From assembly GCA_037447605.1 (NCBI GenBank), contig CM074812.1, positions 2,542,001 to 2,606,000 of the forward strand: 64,000 nt of DNA. Reading direction: 5' to 3'. The translations under genes were made by a program, and so were the position numbers. The notes under the pieces are model-generated. The model saw only the letters and a program-made list of their open reading frames with translations. It was not told the origin of the DNA and searched no databases. Source of the stretch: Zygnema circumcarinatum SAG 698-1b (taxonomy: Eukaryota > Plantae > Zygnematophyceae). Within the stretch, counting starts at the first letter, position 1, and every line of letters starts with the position of its first letter. Below are positions 9,851 through 20,444 of this stretch, piece after piece.

Positions 9851-12751
9851 CTCCCTCTCTTCCTCTCTCCCACTCTCCCTCCCTACCCTCTCTTTTCTCT
9901 AGCACACTTTCTCACTCTCTCCCATTCTTCCCAGTGCCACTCTCTCGCTCCCCCCTCTCTATTCTCTAGCTCTCTCTCTTCCCGTCTCTCTCGCTCTCTC
10001 TCCCTCTCTCTACTTTCGCATGTGAAGAGTTATAGAAGACTTCTCCCTCCTTCATTTTCCCTTCCTAAGTAAGCTTCTTCCATCGCCTGCAGGCTGTACC
10101 CCTCTACGCTTCTGTCAGGGCCTCCCTCCTCTTCTTCCTTTCCTTCCTTTCTCCCACCTCACCTTCCCACTCCTCCTCTTCTCCATCTTCCTCCTCCGCC
10201 ACTCCCTCCTCGAATCCCGCCCCCACTACCACTACCACTACCACTACCACTACCACTACCACTACCACTACCACTACCACTACCACTACTACCACATGGA
10301 GGGAGGCCCTCTCCCTCCCCTCCCCCCTCGCCTCTCCCGCCCCCTCCTTCCCCGGGGTCAACCCCGCCATGGCGGAGCGAGTCGAGAGGTGGCGACTCCG
10401 TTTGGAATTTTTCGCTCACAAAGTTTTGGGCGACCTCCGTACGACCCAACTCTTCGACATCATCGTCGATTATCCGGAAAGGTACGGCATTGTACGGCAT
10501 TGTAAGGAAATGTACGGAAATGTACGGTTTGCTTCTAGGGTTTTATGGTGTGTTATGGAATGGCAAGGTACGGTATGGTGGAGTTTCGTACGATGCTGTA
10601 CGGCATGAAAACTGCACGGAAGGAACGAAGGGGAGATTGGGGATGCTCTTGTTTCTACTTCTAAAATTCAAAATTTCGAAATTCTTTTAACCGATACTCG
10701 TTGAGTTTGTTATTGTTCGGTATTTTGTGATTATAGTATTTCCGATTTAGTCGTCATCTTCGTTTGCATACTTACGCCATCATTCCCTCTTTCTCTCGGT
10801 CTGTCTCTCTCTCCCTCTACTTCTCTGTCGTTATCACCACCCAACCCCTCTCTAACCTCAATGCTCTCAAGTCTCATATCTCCCTCCCTTTCCCATTTCT
10901 CCTCTCCTTCCACATCTCCTTCCTCCTCTCCTTCTCCCTCCCTCCCCTTTTCCTTCACTCCTTCCTCCTCTCCTCTTCTCCTCCTTTCTTCCTTCCTCCT
11001 CTTCCCTCTCCTCCTCCTTCCTTTCCCCTCCCTCTCCGCTCTTCCTCCTCCTCTTTCCTTTCTCTCCTCCTCTGTCCTCTTCTTTCCTCCTCCCAGCTCC
11101 CTCCCTCCTTTCGTCCCTCCTCCTGTTCTCCCGCCCCTCAGACCTCCGCGCGTGCCTCCTCCGTACGGGCCGCCACGCGTCCGCCGCCGCCTCCTTCCGT
11201 ACGGCCGTGACGCGACGCCTACTGACCGCCGGCGCCGCCACCGCCGACATTTTGTCGCATGCGGCGGCGGCCGCACGTGCGCTGAGGGTGCTGGGCCCGG
11301 GCCCCGAGGAGGGCGAGGCCGGTGTGGGGGGGAGCACTCAGAGGAGGAGGTGAGGAGAGGAGGAGGAGAGGAGAGGGAGAGGGAGAGAGGAGAGGGAGAG
11401 GGAGAGGGAGAGGGAGAGAGGGAGAGGGAGAGGGAGAGGGAGAGGGAGAGGGAGAGGGAGAGGGAGAGGAGAGGGAGAGGGAGAGGAGAGGAGAGGGAGA
11501 GGGAGAGGGAGAGGAGAGGGAGAGGGAGAGGGAGAGGAGAGGGAGAGGGAGAGGGAGAGGGAGAGGGAGAGGGAGAGGGAGAGGGAGAGGAGGAGAGGAG
11601 AGGGAGAGGGAGAGGGAGAGGGAGGGAGAGGGAGAGGGAGAGAGGGAGAGGGAGAGGGAGAGGGAGAGGGAGAGGGAGGGAGAGGGAGAGGAGAGGGAGG
11701 GAGAGGGAGAGGGAGAGGGAGAGGAGAGGAGAGGGAGAGGAGAGGGAGAGGGAGAGGGAGAGGGAGAGGGAGAGGGAGAGGGAGAGGGAGAGGAGAGGGA
11801 GAGGGAGAGGAGAGGAGAGGGAGGAGGGAGAGGGAGAGGGAGAGGAGAGGAGAGGGAGGAGGGAGGGAGGGAGGGTGAGGGAGTGGTAGAGGGAGTGGGA
11901 AGGAGGGAGGTGAGGGAGGGAGGGCGAGGAAGAGATAGAGGGAGAGGAGAGGGAGGAGGGAGGGGGAGGGAGGGGAGGAGGGAGGAGGGTGAGGGAGAGA
12001 TAGAGGGAGAGGGAGGGAGGGAGGGTGAGGGAGAGATAGAGGGAGAGAGAGCGGGAGAGGGAGGGAGAGGGAGAGGGAGAGGGAAGGGGAGGGAGCGGGA
12101 GAGGGAGGGAGGGATGGAGGAAGAGGGGAAGGGAGAGAGGGAGAGGGAGGGAGACGGAGAGGGAGGGAGAGAGGGAGAGGGAGGAACGGAGAGGCAGTGA
12201 GAGTGGGAGAGGGAGGGACGGAGGGGAAGGGAGAGCGGGAGAGGGAGGGAGACGGAGAGGGAGGGAGAGAGGGAGAGGGAGGGACGGAGAGGAAGGGAGA
12301 GAGGGAGCGTGATGGGGAGGGGGAGAGAGGAGGGTGGGAGAATACCTGAATAGGAGGTGAGGGAGGGAGGGGGAGTGGGAGGGGGAGAGGTTAGGGTGGG
12401 AGAATACCTGAATTGGAGGAGGTGAGGGAGGGAGAGGGAGAGTGACAGGGAGGGAGAGAGGGCAGCTAGGGGGTAGCAGAGACAGGAAGTAGGAGACCTT
12501 CCTCGGGGAGGGGAGTGAAAGAGGAAGAGAGGGCGCGGGTGGAATTTCCGAGAGAGAGGAGAGAGAGAGGAGAGAGAGAGGAGAGAGAGGAGGAGAGGAA
12601 GCGAGGGGAAAGAAAGAGGGTGGGTGAGGAAAAAGCGAAGGGAAGGGGAGGTAGAGAGTGGGATTTTTCCTACTATTGGACCTTCATTCTTGTTTCTCTC
12701 CTTTTCCCTCCTTCCTTAACTTGTTTCCTTACTTTTTATTTATTGATTTGA

Positions 12752-12822
<71 letters not shown>

Positions 12823-15800
12823 GGATGGGGAGTAGGGATACGCTGCGCTGCATAGTGACTCTGTTAACAGACGAAGCAGGAGCGAGTGCTATTGGAGGTC
12901 TGGGAGGGGGAGAGAGAGAGGGAGGAGGAGAGGAGATACAAGGAGGAGTGGGAGGGGACGGCGATGAGAGTGAGGACGACGGAGACGGCGTGTTGGAGGC
13001 AGGGCTGGCGGCAGCGGAAAGGTGGGAGAGAGAGGGAGGGAGGAAGAGGGAGGGAGAGAGAGAGAGGGAGAGATGGAGAGGGAGGGGAAGGGAGAGAGGG
13101 AGAGAGAGGGAGAGAGAGGGAGGGAGGAAGAGGGAGGGAGAGAGAGAGAGGGAGGGATGGAGAGGGAGGGGAAGGGAGAGGGAGAGAGAGGGAGAGAGGG
13201 AGGGAAAAAGAGGGAGGGAGAGAGAGAGAGGGAGAGATGGAGAGGGAGGGGAAGGGAGAGAGGGAGAGAGAGGGAGAGAGAGGGAGGGAGGAAGAGGGAG
13301 GGAGAGAGAGAGGGAGGGATGGAGGGAGGGGAAGGGAGAGCGAGAGAGAGGGAGAGATGGAGAGGGAGGGGAAGGGAGACAGGGAGAGAGAGGGGGAGAG
13401 AGGGAGGAAGAGAGAGAAAGAGAGGAAATTGAGAGGGAGAAGGGGATGGAGAGAGAGAGGGGTGTCAGAGAGTGGGAGTGGGATAATTGCTGCGAAATAT
13501 CTTGCAATGAGGGGGCCAAAGCCACTCGTCTTTTCTGAATCCCTCCATTCAGAACTTGCTCTCTTCAACCCCCTCTCCCACTCACTACCTCTTTCTCCCC
13601 CTCCCTCTCCCTCATTCCCTCTTTTATCCTCAGCCCTGCTAACACTCCCCAGCTTTACCCTCTTATTCCCATTAGACCCTCATTCCTCGTTTTAACTTTG
13701 TAAAGCCAATTTTCTTTGGGAGAGTGTCAGTGCAGTCCCTCTTTTTTGCTCTCTCTCCCCCCCCCCCTCCCTCCCTCTCACCCTCTTTCCCCCCACTTAA
13801 ATTCATCCCTTCCCCCTACCACCCTCTCCAAAGCCACTCCTTCCCCCTTGCCTCACCACCCTCTCTTCCCAGTACCCCCCCTCCTCCCTCCACCCTCTTT
13901 AGGGTTTTAGGGTTTTCAGGGTTTTTAGGGTTTTTAGGGTTTTTCCCTCTGTTCGAACCCCCCCTAACTTGGTAAAGCCCTTTCTTCGTCAATGGGGAAG
14001 CCCGGGCTCTCCCTCCTCCCACCTTCTTTTCCAAACCACCCCTCTCACTCCCATTCAACCACCCACTCCCCCTCCTTCCCCTCACTCCCTCCCGCTCCCC
14101 CACTCCCTCCCCCGTCCCCCATTCCCCCTTTCCCTCTCCCCACCTTCCACCCTCCGCCTCTCTCTCCCTCCCTTACCCCCACCTCGCCCACCCCCCCCCC
14201 CTCCCCACCTTCCCCCCCACCCCCCTCTCTTCCTCCCTATTCCCCCATCCCCCCTCCCCCCTTCTCCCTTCCCCCGTCTCCCTCCCCCCCTCCCTCCCCT
14301 TTCTNNNNNNNNNNTTTTTTTTTTTTTTTTTTTTTCAGCTTCGTTTCGGGGAAGCGAGTCTCCAAAACTGCGAAGTGATGTTAAAAGACATCAGCGACTC
14401 AAAACGAATTAATTCGAATATAAAAAAATTGGCTACAAAAGCTCACAATGATGAAGCAGGTTCTGGAAGCTTCCGAAGCCCTCCCGCTCCCTCTCCCACT
14501 CCCTCTCCCTCTCCCTCTACCACCTCTCCCTCCTTCACTCCCTCCTTCTCTACCTTTAACAACCCCCAAAATATTTTCAATATGGGACCGGTCCCCCCCG
14601 AAAGTGCCCAATTTCTTCCTTCTGCCCGAGAGCTGACCCCCTCCGGAGAATTTTCGACCCCCGAAATTTCGACATTTGGGGGGTTTGTTTCGGAAGGGCT
14701 GCCCGGGTTTTCGGGCAGCGCCACATCGCCAGGTGGCAGCAGCGTACTGGACCCGGGCAGCTCGATGAGATTTTCCACGGACAGCGGGTACTTCCCGACC
14801 AGTGACGGAGGGACAGGTGGCAGCGGGAGATTGGTCGATTTGGGGACAGGTGGCAGCCAGCGATTGGCTTCCATGAGGCAGCGGATGGCGCCGAGATGGA
14901 GCGGGAGGTCGCCATCTGGACCGTCGATTTTGCAGATTCCCGGAGATGCTGCCACGTGGCAAGGCGGGGCGGAGCAGGATTTGACTTTGGAGAATTTCAA
15001 TGCCACAATTATTTCGGCGCTTTTTTGGCCGCCTCTTCAGGTAAAGCGGGCAGGGAAAAAAAAAGGAAATTCGTCGTTTGAAAAAGGGGACGGGCAGACT
15101 CGAATTTTTTTTTGGGTGCGATAGGCAGAAGATTTTTCCTGCTTTTTTTTTTTTTTTTTTTTTTNNNNNNNNNNCGCTCTCGCTCTCTCTTCCTCCCTCC
15201 TCTCTCTCTCTCTCTCTCCCCCCCCTCTCTCTCTCTCGCTCTCCCCCCTCTCTCTCTCTCTCTCTCACTCTCTCTCTCTCTCCCTCAAGCAGGAGGAAGC
15301 CATCACCCTCCCTCCTGCAATCGAACGTCTTTTGGAAATTTTCGCGCAACATTACAACTCGTTAAAGGCACCACGCAAGCTCCGATGGCTCCGAAATTTG
15401 GGGTCCGTAAAGGTAATTTATTTCCTTCCCCTTTTCTTTTTTTTTTTTTTTTGGGCCCGTCGATGCTCACTCAACAAACGGGAACTTGCCGACATTCTGA
15501 AGGAAAAAAATCTCTTTGAATTTAACCTAGAAATCTGAAAAATTAAATTTTCTGTCAGCTCTCCTGCTTTCTGAATATATACGTATCTGCCCCCCCCCCC
15601 CCTCCCCCCTCCGATTTTTTTTTCCCCTCATTTCCGAAACGAATTTTTTTCATGTTCACTAACAAATTCGCATTACTTCATTTATTTTATTTTTATATTT
15701 TACATTTGTTGTGCTCTTTTGACCCCTTTTTTTTTTTTTTTTAAACTACCCTCATTCCTCCCCAATTTTTTTTTCTGCCTGCCCCCTTTTTGCGGGCAGG

Positions 15801-16711
15801 TGGAGCTGGAATTTGAGGACGGGTCGGCCCAGTTCGCGGTGACACCTGTCCAGGCCGCCGCGATATCTCTCTTTCAGGAAAGGCCACGCTGGACCACTGC
15901 TGAGCTGGCAGCCGCTCTCGGAGTGCCACCTGGCACCGTACGCCGACGTGTCGCCGTGTGGGTGAACCAGGTGGGGCCCACGCTGACGTGGCAGGGAGAG
16001 GGGATACAGGCAGGCAGAAAGAATAGTGAGGGGGAGAGGCAGGGAGAAGGGGAAAGGGGAGGGGAAGGAGAGGGAGAGGGAGAGGAAGAGGGACGAGGGA
16101 CGAGGGGGAGAAGGAAGGGTGAGAGGGGGGAGGGGCAGGGCGAGAGGGATGGAGACAAAGGGGGCGAGAGGCAAATGGAGAGGAAGCAGGAGAGGGAGAG
16201 GGAGAGGGAGAGGGAGAGGGAGAGGAAGGAGTGGAGAAAGAGGGCGGAGAGGAGGGGGAAAAGAGAACAATGGAAAATCAGCAGCGGCAGCGTAAGAAAG
16301 CGAAAAATGAACTAGATATTCTCTGCAAGACAAGTTCAACTCTATATGCGTTTCGTGTTTTCTTAAAGCCTCAAACCCCTAATCTGTACTCACCCTCCCT
16401 CTCTCCCTCTCTTTCACACTCTCACTCTCTCTCTCTTCCTCTCTCTCTCTCCCCTCCCCCTCCCCCTCCCCCTCCAGGGCATCCTCTCCGAGTCCCCCCT
16501 CCCTCCCGGCGCCGGTCCGGACTCTCTCTCGTACACGGCGGCAGAGCGGCTCGGTCAAGCCGCGGCGCGTTCGCACGGTGTGAACGGACCGCTGCGGGAC
16601 GAGGAGGAGGGGGAGGGAGGGGGAGGGACCGCGTCGGCGGAGGACCAAAAGCTGCTCGAGTGGGCCGTGCACGAGGCAAGCTTTGGGCCTCTCTCTCTCT
16701 CTCTCTCGCTC

Positions 16712-16786
<75 letters not shown>

Positions 16787-17183
16787 CTCTCTCCTCTCTC
16801 TCTCTCTCTCCTCCTCTCTTCGCCACTTCTCGTCTCTTGAACTCTCTCTCACTCTGTAGTGCTTTTGGATTTTTAGGGTTTGTAGGGTTTTTAGGGTTTT
16901 TAATGTACTATCTAATTTGGTACTTAGTGGTTTCTCTTTTGCTATATTTGAAGTTACTTTCAAGCTTTTATTGAATGTTGTGTTCTAACAATCTCACTCG
17001 CTCTCGCTTTCCCTTTTCGTTTCCCCCTCCCTCTCATTCTCCATCTCCCTCTCCCATTCCCCGTCTCTCTCTCTCCTCCCTCCCACCCTCTCCCTCCTCC
17101 CACTCTTTCTCTCCCTCCCCTCGCTACCTCTCACCCCCTTCCTCTCTCTCTCCCTCTCACTCCCTCTCTTTCCCCTTCCCTCC

Positions 17184-17223
<40 letters not shown>

Positions 17224-17638
17224 CCTTCGTAATGGGAATGCTTACAACTTTTGGAGACGGCCTCCCTCTGGAGAGAATCCACAACATGCTCAAGGTGCCA
17301 AAATTTGCAACAAACTCAGTTTTTGGCATTAAACCACTTCACTTCAATAAATCGAATAAAATCTATGAGAGCGGGGAAGCAGGGTACATACCAGTACCCT
17401 GCCCCTCTCTCTCTATATATATTAAAAAATTTCAAAGTTGAAGTTGAATTTGAGTTCAACAGTTTAACAATTGCTTTTTAGTATTGTTTATTTATTTATT
17501 TTTACTTTTTTGCAGATGTTTGTGGCGGACCCTCCGTACGATAAAACCATTCAACAGCTTCAAGCGTTTCTAAATGGACTTATCGGTGCCGAAAAATTGG
17601 AATTGCGCGAAGGGCTGTATAAGAAAAAGCAAACATAA
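5163..17638 (+). CDS. APC2: Anaphase-promoting complex subunit 2 (cullin-like)
   Basis: Exons 5163-5435, 6295-6381, 6607-6709, 7249-7341, 8093-8917 (1-nt frame conflict inside a GA repeat), 9747-9815, 10093-10481, ~11142-11330, a short unresolved piece ending ~12356, 12836-13021, [segment missing, probably in gap 14305], 14339-15040, 15293-15412, 15800-15970, 16478-16675 (GC donor), 17223-17294, 17516-17638. Diagnostic peptides: RWRLRLEFF...[16 protein letters not shown]...[67 protein letters not shown]...[28 protein letters not shown]. Confidence 0.95.
5436..5925. repeat. Telomere-type array (TTTAGGG and TTTCTGGG variants) filling the 5' half of APC2 intron 1
   Basis: Visible; starts at the GT donor itself (5436). 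Confidence 0.92.
6710..6990. repeat. G-rich (AGGGGCC / AGGGGGGCC)n tract at the start of APC2 intron 3
   Basis: Visible GGGGCCA repeats directly after the donor; many G3-G6 runs. Confidence 0.85.
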
Positions 17639-18001
17639 TGGAGAGAGGAGATAGAGAGGAGAGAGGCAGGAGAGAGAGAGAGGAGAGAGGCAGGAGAGAG
17701 AGAGATGAGAGAGGGAGGAGAGATAAAGAGATTGGAAAGGAAATGTCAAACTCAAATCTCTGTCAGGCGACAAGTGCCTACTTGAAGAGATTCTTTTAAA
17801 GGCCAGAAATGAGGCCCTTATTAAAATGGAAAACTCACCTTTTTACAATATGTACAAATTCCTAAACCAAAAACTAAAAACTAAACTAAAACTGAACTAA
17901 ACTGCAAGTCCCCCTTCATATTTTTAATAGGAGCTTCCAGCGGGAGCTCAAACACCGATTTGCACCCCTGAAAAAAAACCCTAATTTTTCGAAGCTCTGA
18001 A

Positions 18002-18032
<31 letters not shown>

Positions 18033-18355
18033 TATTGATATTTTCACAAGTAAAAAGGAGGTCAATGTAAATAAACATTGAGAAAAGTTAGAAGGAAAAA
18101 TATCTAAACGGTTTACCTAAAAAGGAGAAGCGCTTCGCGCAATTTTATGATAAATTCTAATTCTGAAATAGCCTCATCTCCTTATATTGCATTAGCTTTC
18201 CTTCCCAGAAGACACGAAACCAGAGGACCAGAGGGAGAGAGAGCGAGAGAGGAAAGACAGGGGGTCGAGAGGGAGAGAGGGAGAGAGGGAGAGAGAGAAA
18301 GAGACAAAGAGAGAGCGAGAGAGACTCCCATCTTCTCACAGTCCCTGCATGACAC

Positions 18356-19177
18356 TCAATCTTCTTTCTGCCTTAGAACCAGATTCAAGTCAAACTTGGT
18401 CTTCCGATCCCCCTTCATCGTCAACAGCTCCACCGTCATATCCAAAATCCCCAACCCTCCCATTTCCTCGCGCTTTCCCACATTCACCTCTCCCACTTCC
18501 ATCTCACTCCACTCCCTCTCACACTCTCCCAGGCTCTGCTCCGTCATATCCACCTCTACCACCATCTCCTCCCCTCCCTCTGCCACAATCTTACTATACA
18601 CCTTCCCCAAGCTGAACAAGGTAGGTTTTCCTGCAAGTATCCAAGAAACAGAATATCGCCCGAGAGGCAACCTGCATCGCAGGGAGGCTCCAAGCTGAAA
18701 CCAGTAGACTGTAGGAAAGCTATCCTCCATATGTGCGAGATGGTCTCCCAATACAACCCACATCCCTTCAGCAGCCACATACATCTTCAGGAGGCCCTTT
18801 GATCCCCTGCAAATCTTCACAAGCTGCTTCCCTGAGTCGATAAGCAAGCCCTTTCCTGCAAGCAGGCGGTAAAGCTCCTGCAGATTTGAATACTCCGGCG
18901 GTTTCGGGTGAGAAGCATTGACATAATGCAGGTATCCTGTAGGCAGAAACTTCTCCCAAACAATATCTGATGCTGCTGCTTGCGACCACTCCTTGCAGAC
19001 TCCTGCAAGCCGGCAGGCATCTTCAGGACTTGTGCGAGAGAGAAGCTCAGCCAAGCAGTGGGCATCCATGTCTGCCAGCCCTGTGCCGCTGCGGTTTGCA
19101 ATCCATTCGAGACGAAGGGCTGGAGAACGACCTCTTTTGGGTTCTTTAACTTTCTCGCGAGTACAGGCTCCACCCAT
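18356..19177 (-). CDS. F-box protein with C-terminal PP2 (phloem protein 2)-like domain, single exon
   Basis: Uninterrupted ORF. It has an F-box LADMDAHCLAELLSRTSPEDACRLAGVCKEWSQAAASDIVWEKFLP, then ELYRLL...LLIDSGKQ and VYWFQLG...LPLGRYSVSW, typical of PP2-A/B F-box proteins. The first in-frame ATG gives MGGAC (19177); the track's start at 19240 is a non-ATG codon. Confidence 0.85.
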   Translation of the reverse strand: MGGACTREKVKEPKRGRSPALRLEWIANRSGTGLADMDAHCLAELLSRTSPEDACRLAGVCKEWSQAAASDIVWEKFLPTGYLHYVNASHPKPPEYSNLQELYRLLAGKGLLIDSGKQLVKICRGSKGLLKMYVAAEGMWVVLGDHLAHMEDSFPTVYWFQLGASLRCRLPLGRYSVSWILAGKPTLFSLGKVYSKIVAEGGEEMVVEVDMTEQSLGECEREWSEMEVGEVNVGKREEMGGLGILDMTVELLTMKGDRKTKFDLNLVLRQKED

Positions 19178-19267
19178 TGGGGCAGTCACCGCGTTTAAAA
19201 AAATGGAGGACCAGCTTCGTGAGGCGCTCCACATCAACACTGCCGCGGGACGTTAGCAGACCGAGGC

Positions 19268-19418
19268 TAACCATGTTTGACCGTGTTTGACCGTGTCTAA
19301 CTTTGTTTGACCGTGTTTGACTGACCATGTTTGACTCCCTTTGACCGTGTTTGACCGTGTCTGACTTTGTTTGACCGTGTTTGACTGACCATGTTTGACT
19401 CCCTTTGACCGTGTTTAA
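19268..19418. repeat. 10-bp (TTTGACCGTG-like) tandem repeat with a 64-bp higher-order unit, upstream of the F-box gene
   Basis: Visible; the unit starting TTGACC at 19277 recurs at 19341. Confidence 0.9.
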
Positions 19419-20444
19419 CTTCACGAGAATCACGACAGCTTATGTCCGTCGTGGGCCACGGACCGTGGCCCTCCGGTGACCGTCCGATGGTCGTCCGCTC
19501 GTCACCTTCCGCCACGTGTCGCGCATCGACAGGCGGACCTTCTAGGAATAGGGCTGAAGCAGTTGTTGAACTTGGAAGCGTATTTCGGCTCATGGACTTT
19601 TTTTTTTATTGTCCTTGGTTCCTTTGTGACCAGTTGGGTGGCTCCTCGTGGTTCCCCATATTGTTGTTGTTGTTGTTGATTTTGTCCATGTATGTACATT
19701 TCATGGCATCGTCAGCCATCGTGAGGTCAATGGGACATCATTTTCTTTCTTATGAATTTTTGGAGTCAACGGCTACATGCTCTATACGAACGAATTTGGG
19801 AGCCATTGGATTCAATGGCTGCCAATCATTGGCTACCAACCATTGTCAAAGATTGCCAACAATTGAGTGAGTATGCATCGAACTGCGGTTGGCATCGAAT
19901 GCCCGTCCGTTTCCACGTTCGTACATTGCTTTTCAGTTTCTTTCTGGAACGGGAAATTAAACCCAACTCATAGAGTCCTGAGTGCCATCAAGTTAAAATG
20001 AGGTATTTTTACCCCTTTTCGAATACGTTCACAACACCAAAAAGGCTTTCAACTGGAATTTTAGGAACCAGGCGTGGATGAGGGAGGGAGGGAGGGAGGG
20101 AGGGAGGGAGGGAGAGACAACCGACTTACAAAAGAAAAGTTTAAATATTTCTTGAAACTGAAACGGATCTGAAAAATGCACATAGGAAGTGGACAATGGA
20201 AAGGACCATTTTCTATCCCTTTCTCTTCTCCTTTACCAAAAAATAAAGTCTTTAAAAAAGTTCAAAAAAAAAAAAAGTAATAACAGATAAATACAACAGA
20301 ACCCAATTCAAGATTTTTCAGCAACAAACACCCCAAACTCCAAGATTTTAAGAATCTCTGAATTTCAAATTTCCATTTTGTTTTTTTGTATTTTTTTTTC
20401 CTTTGCACTCCCTCCCTCTTTTCACTTCCTTCCCAGCCCATTTT

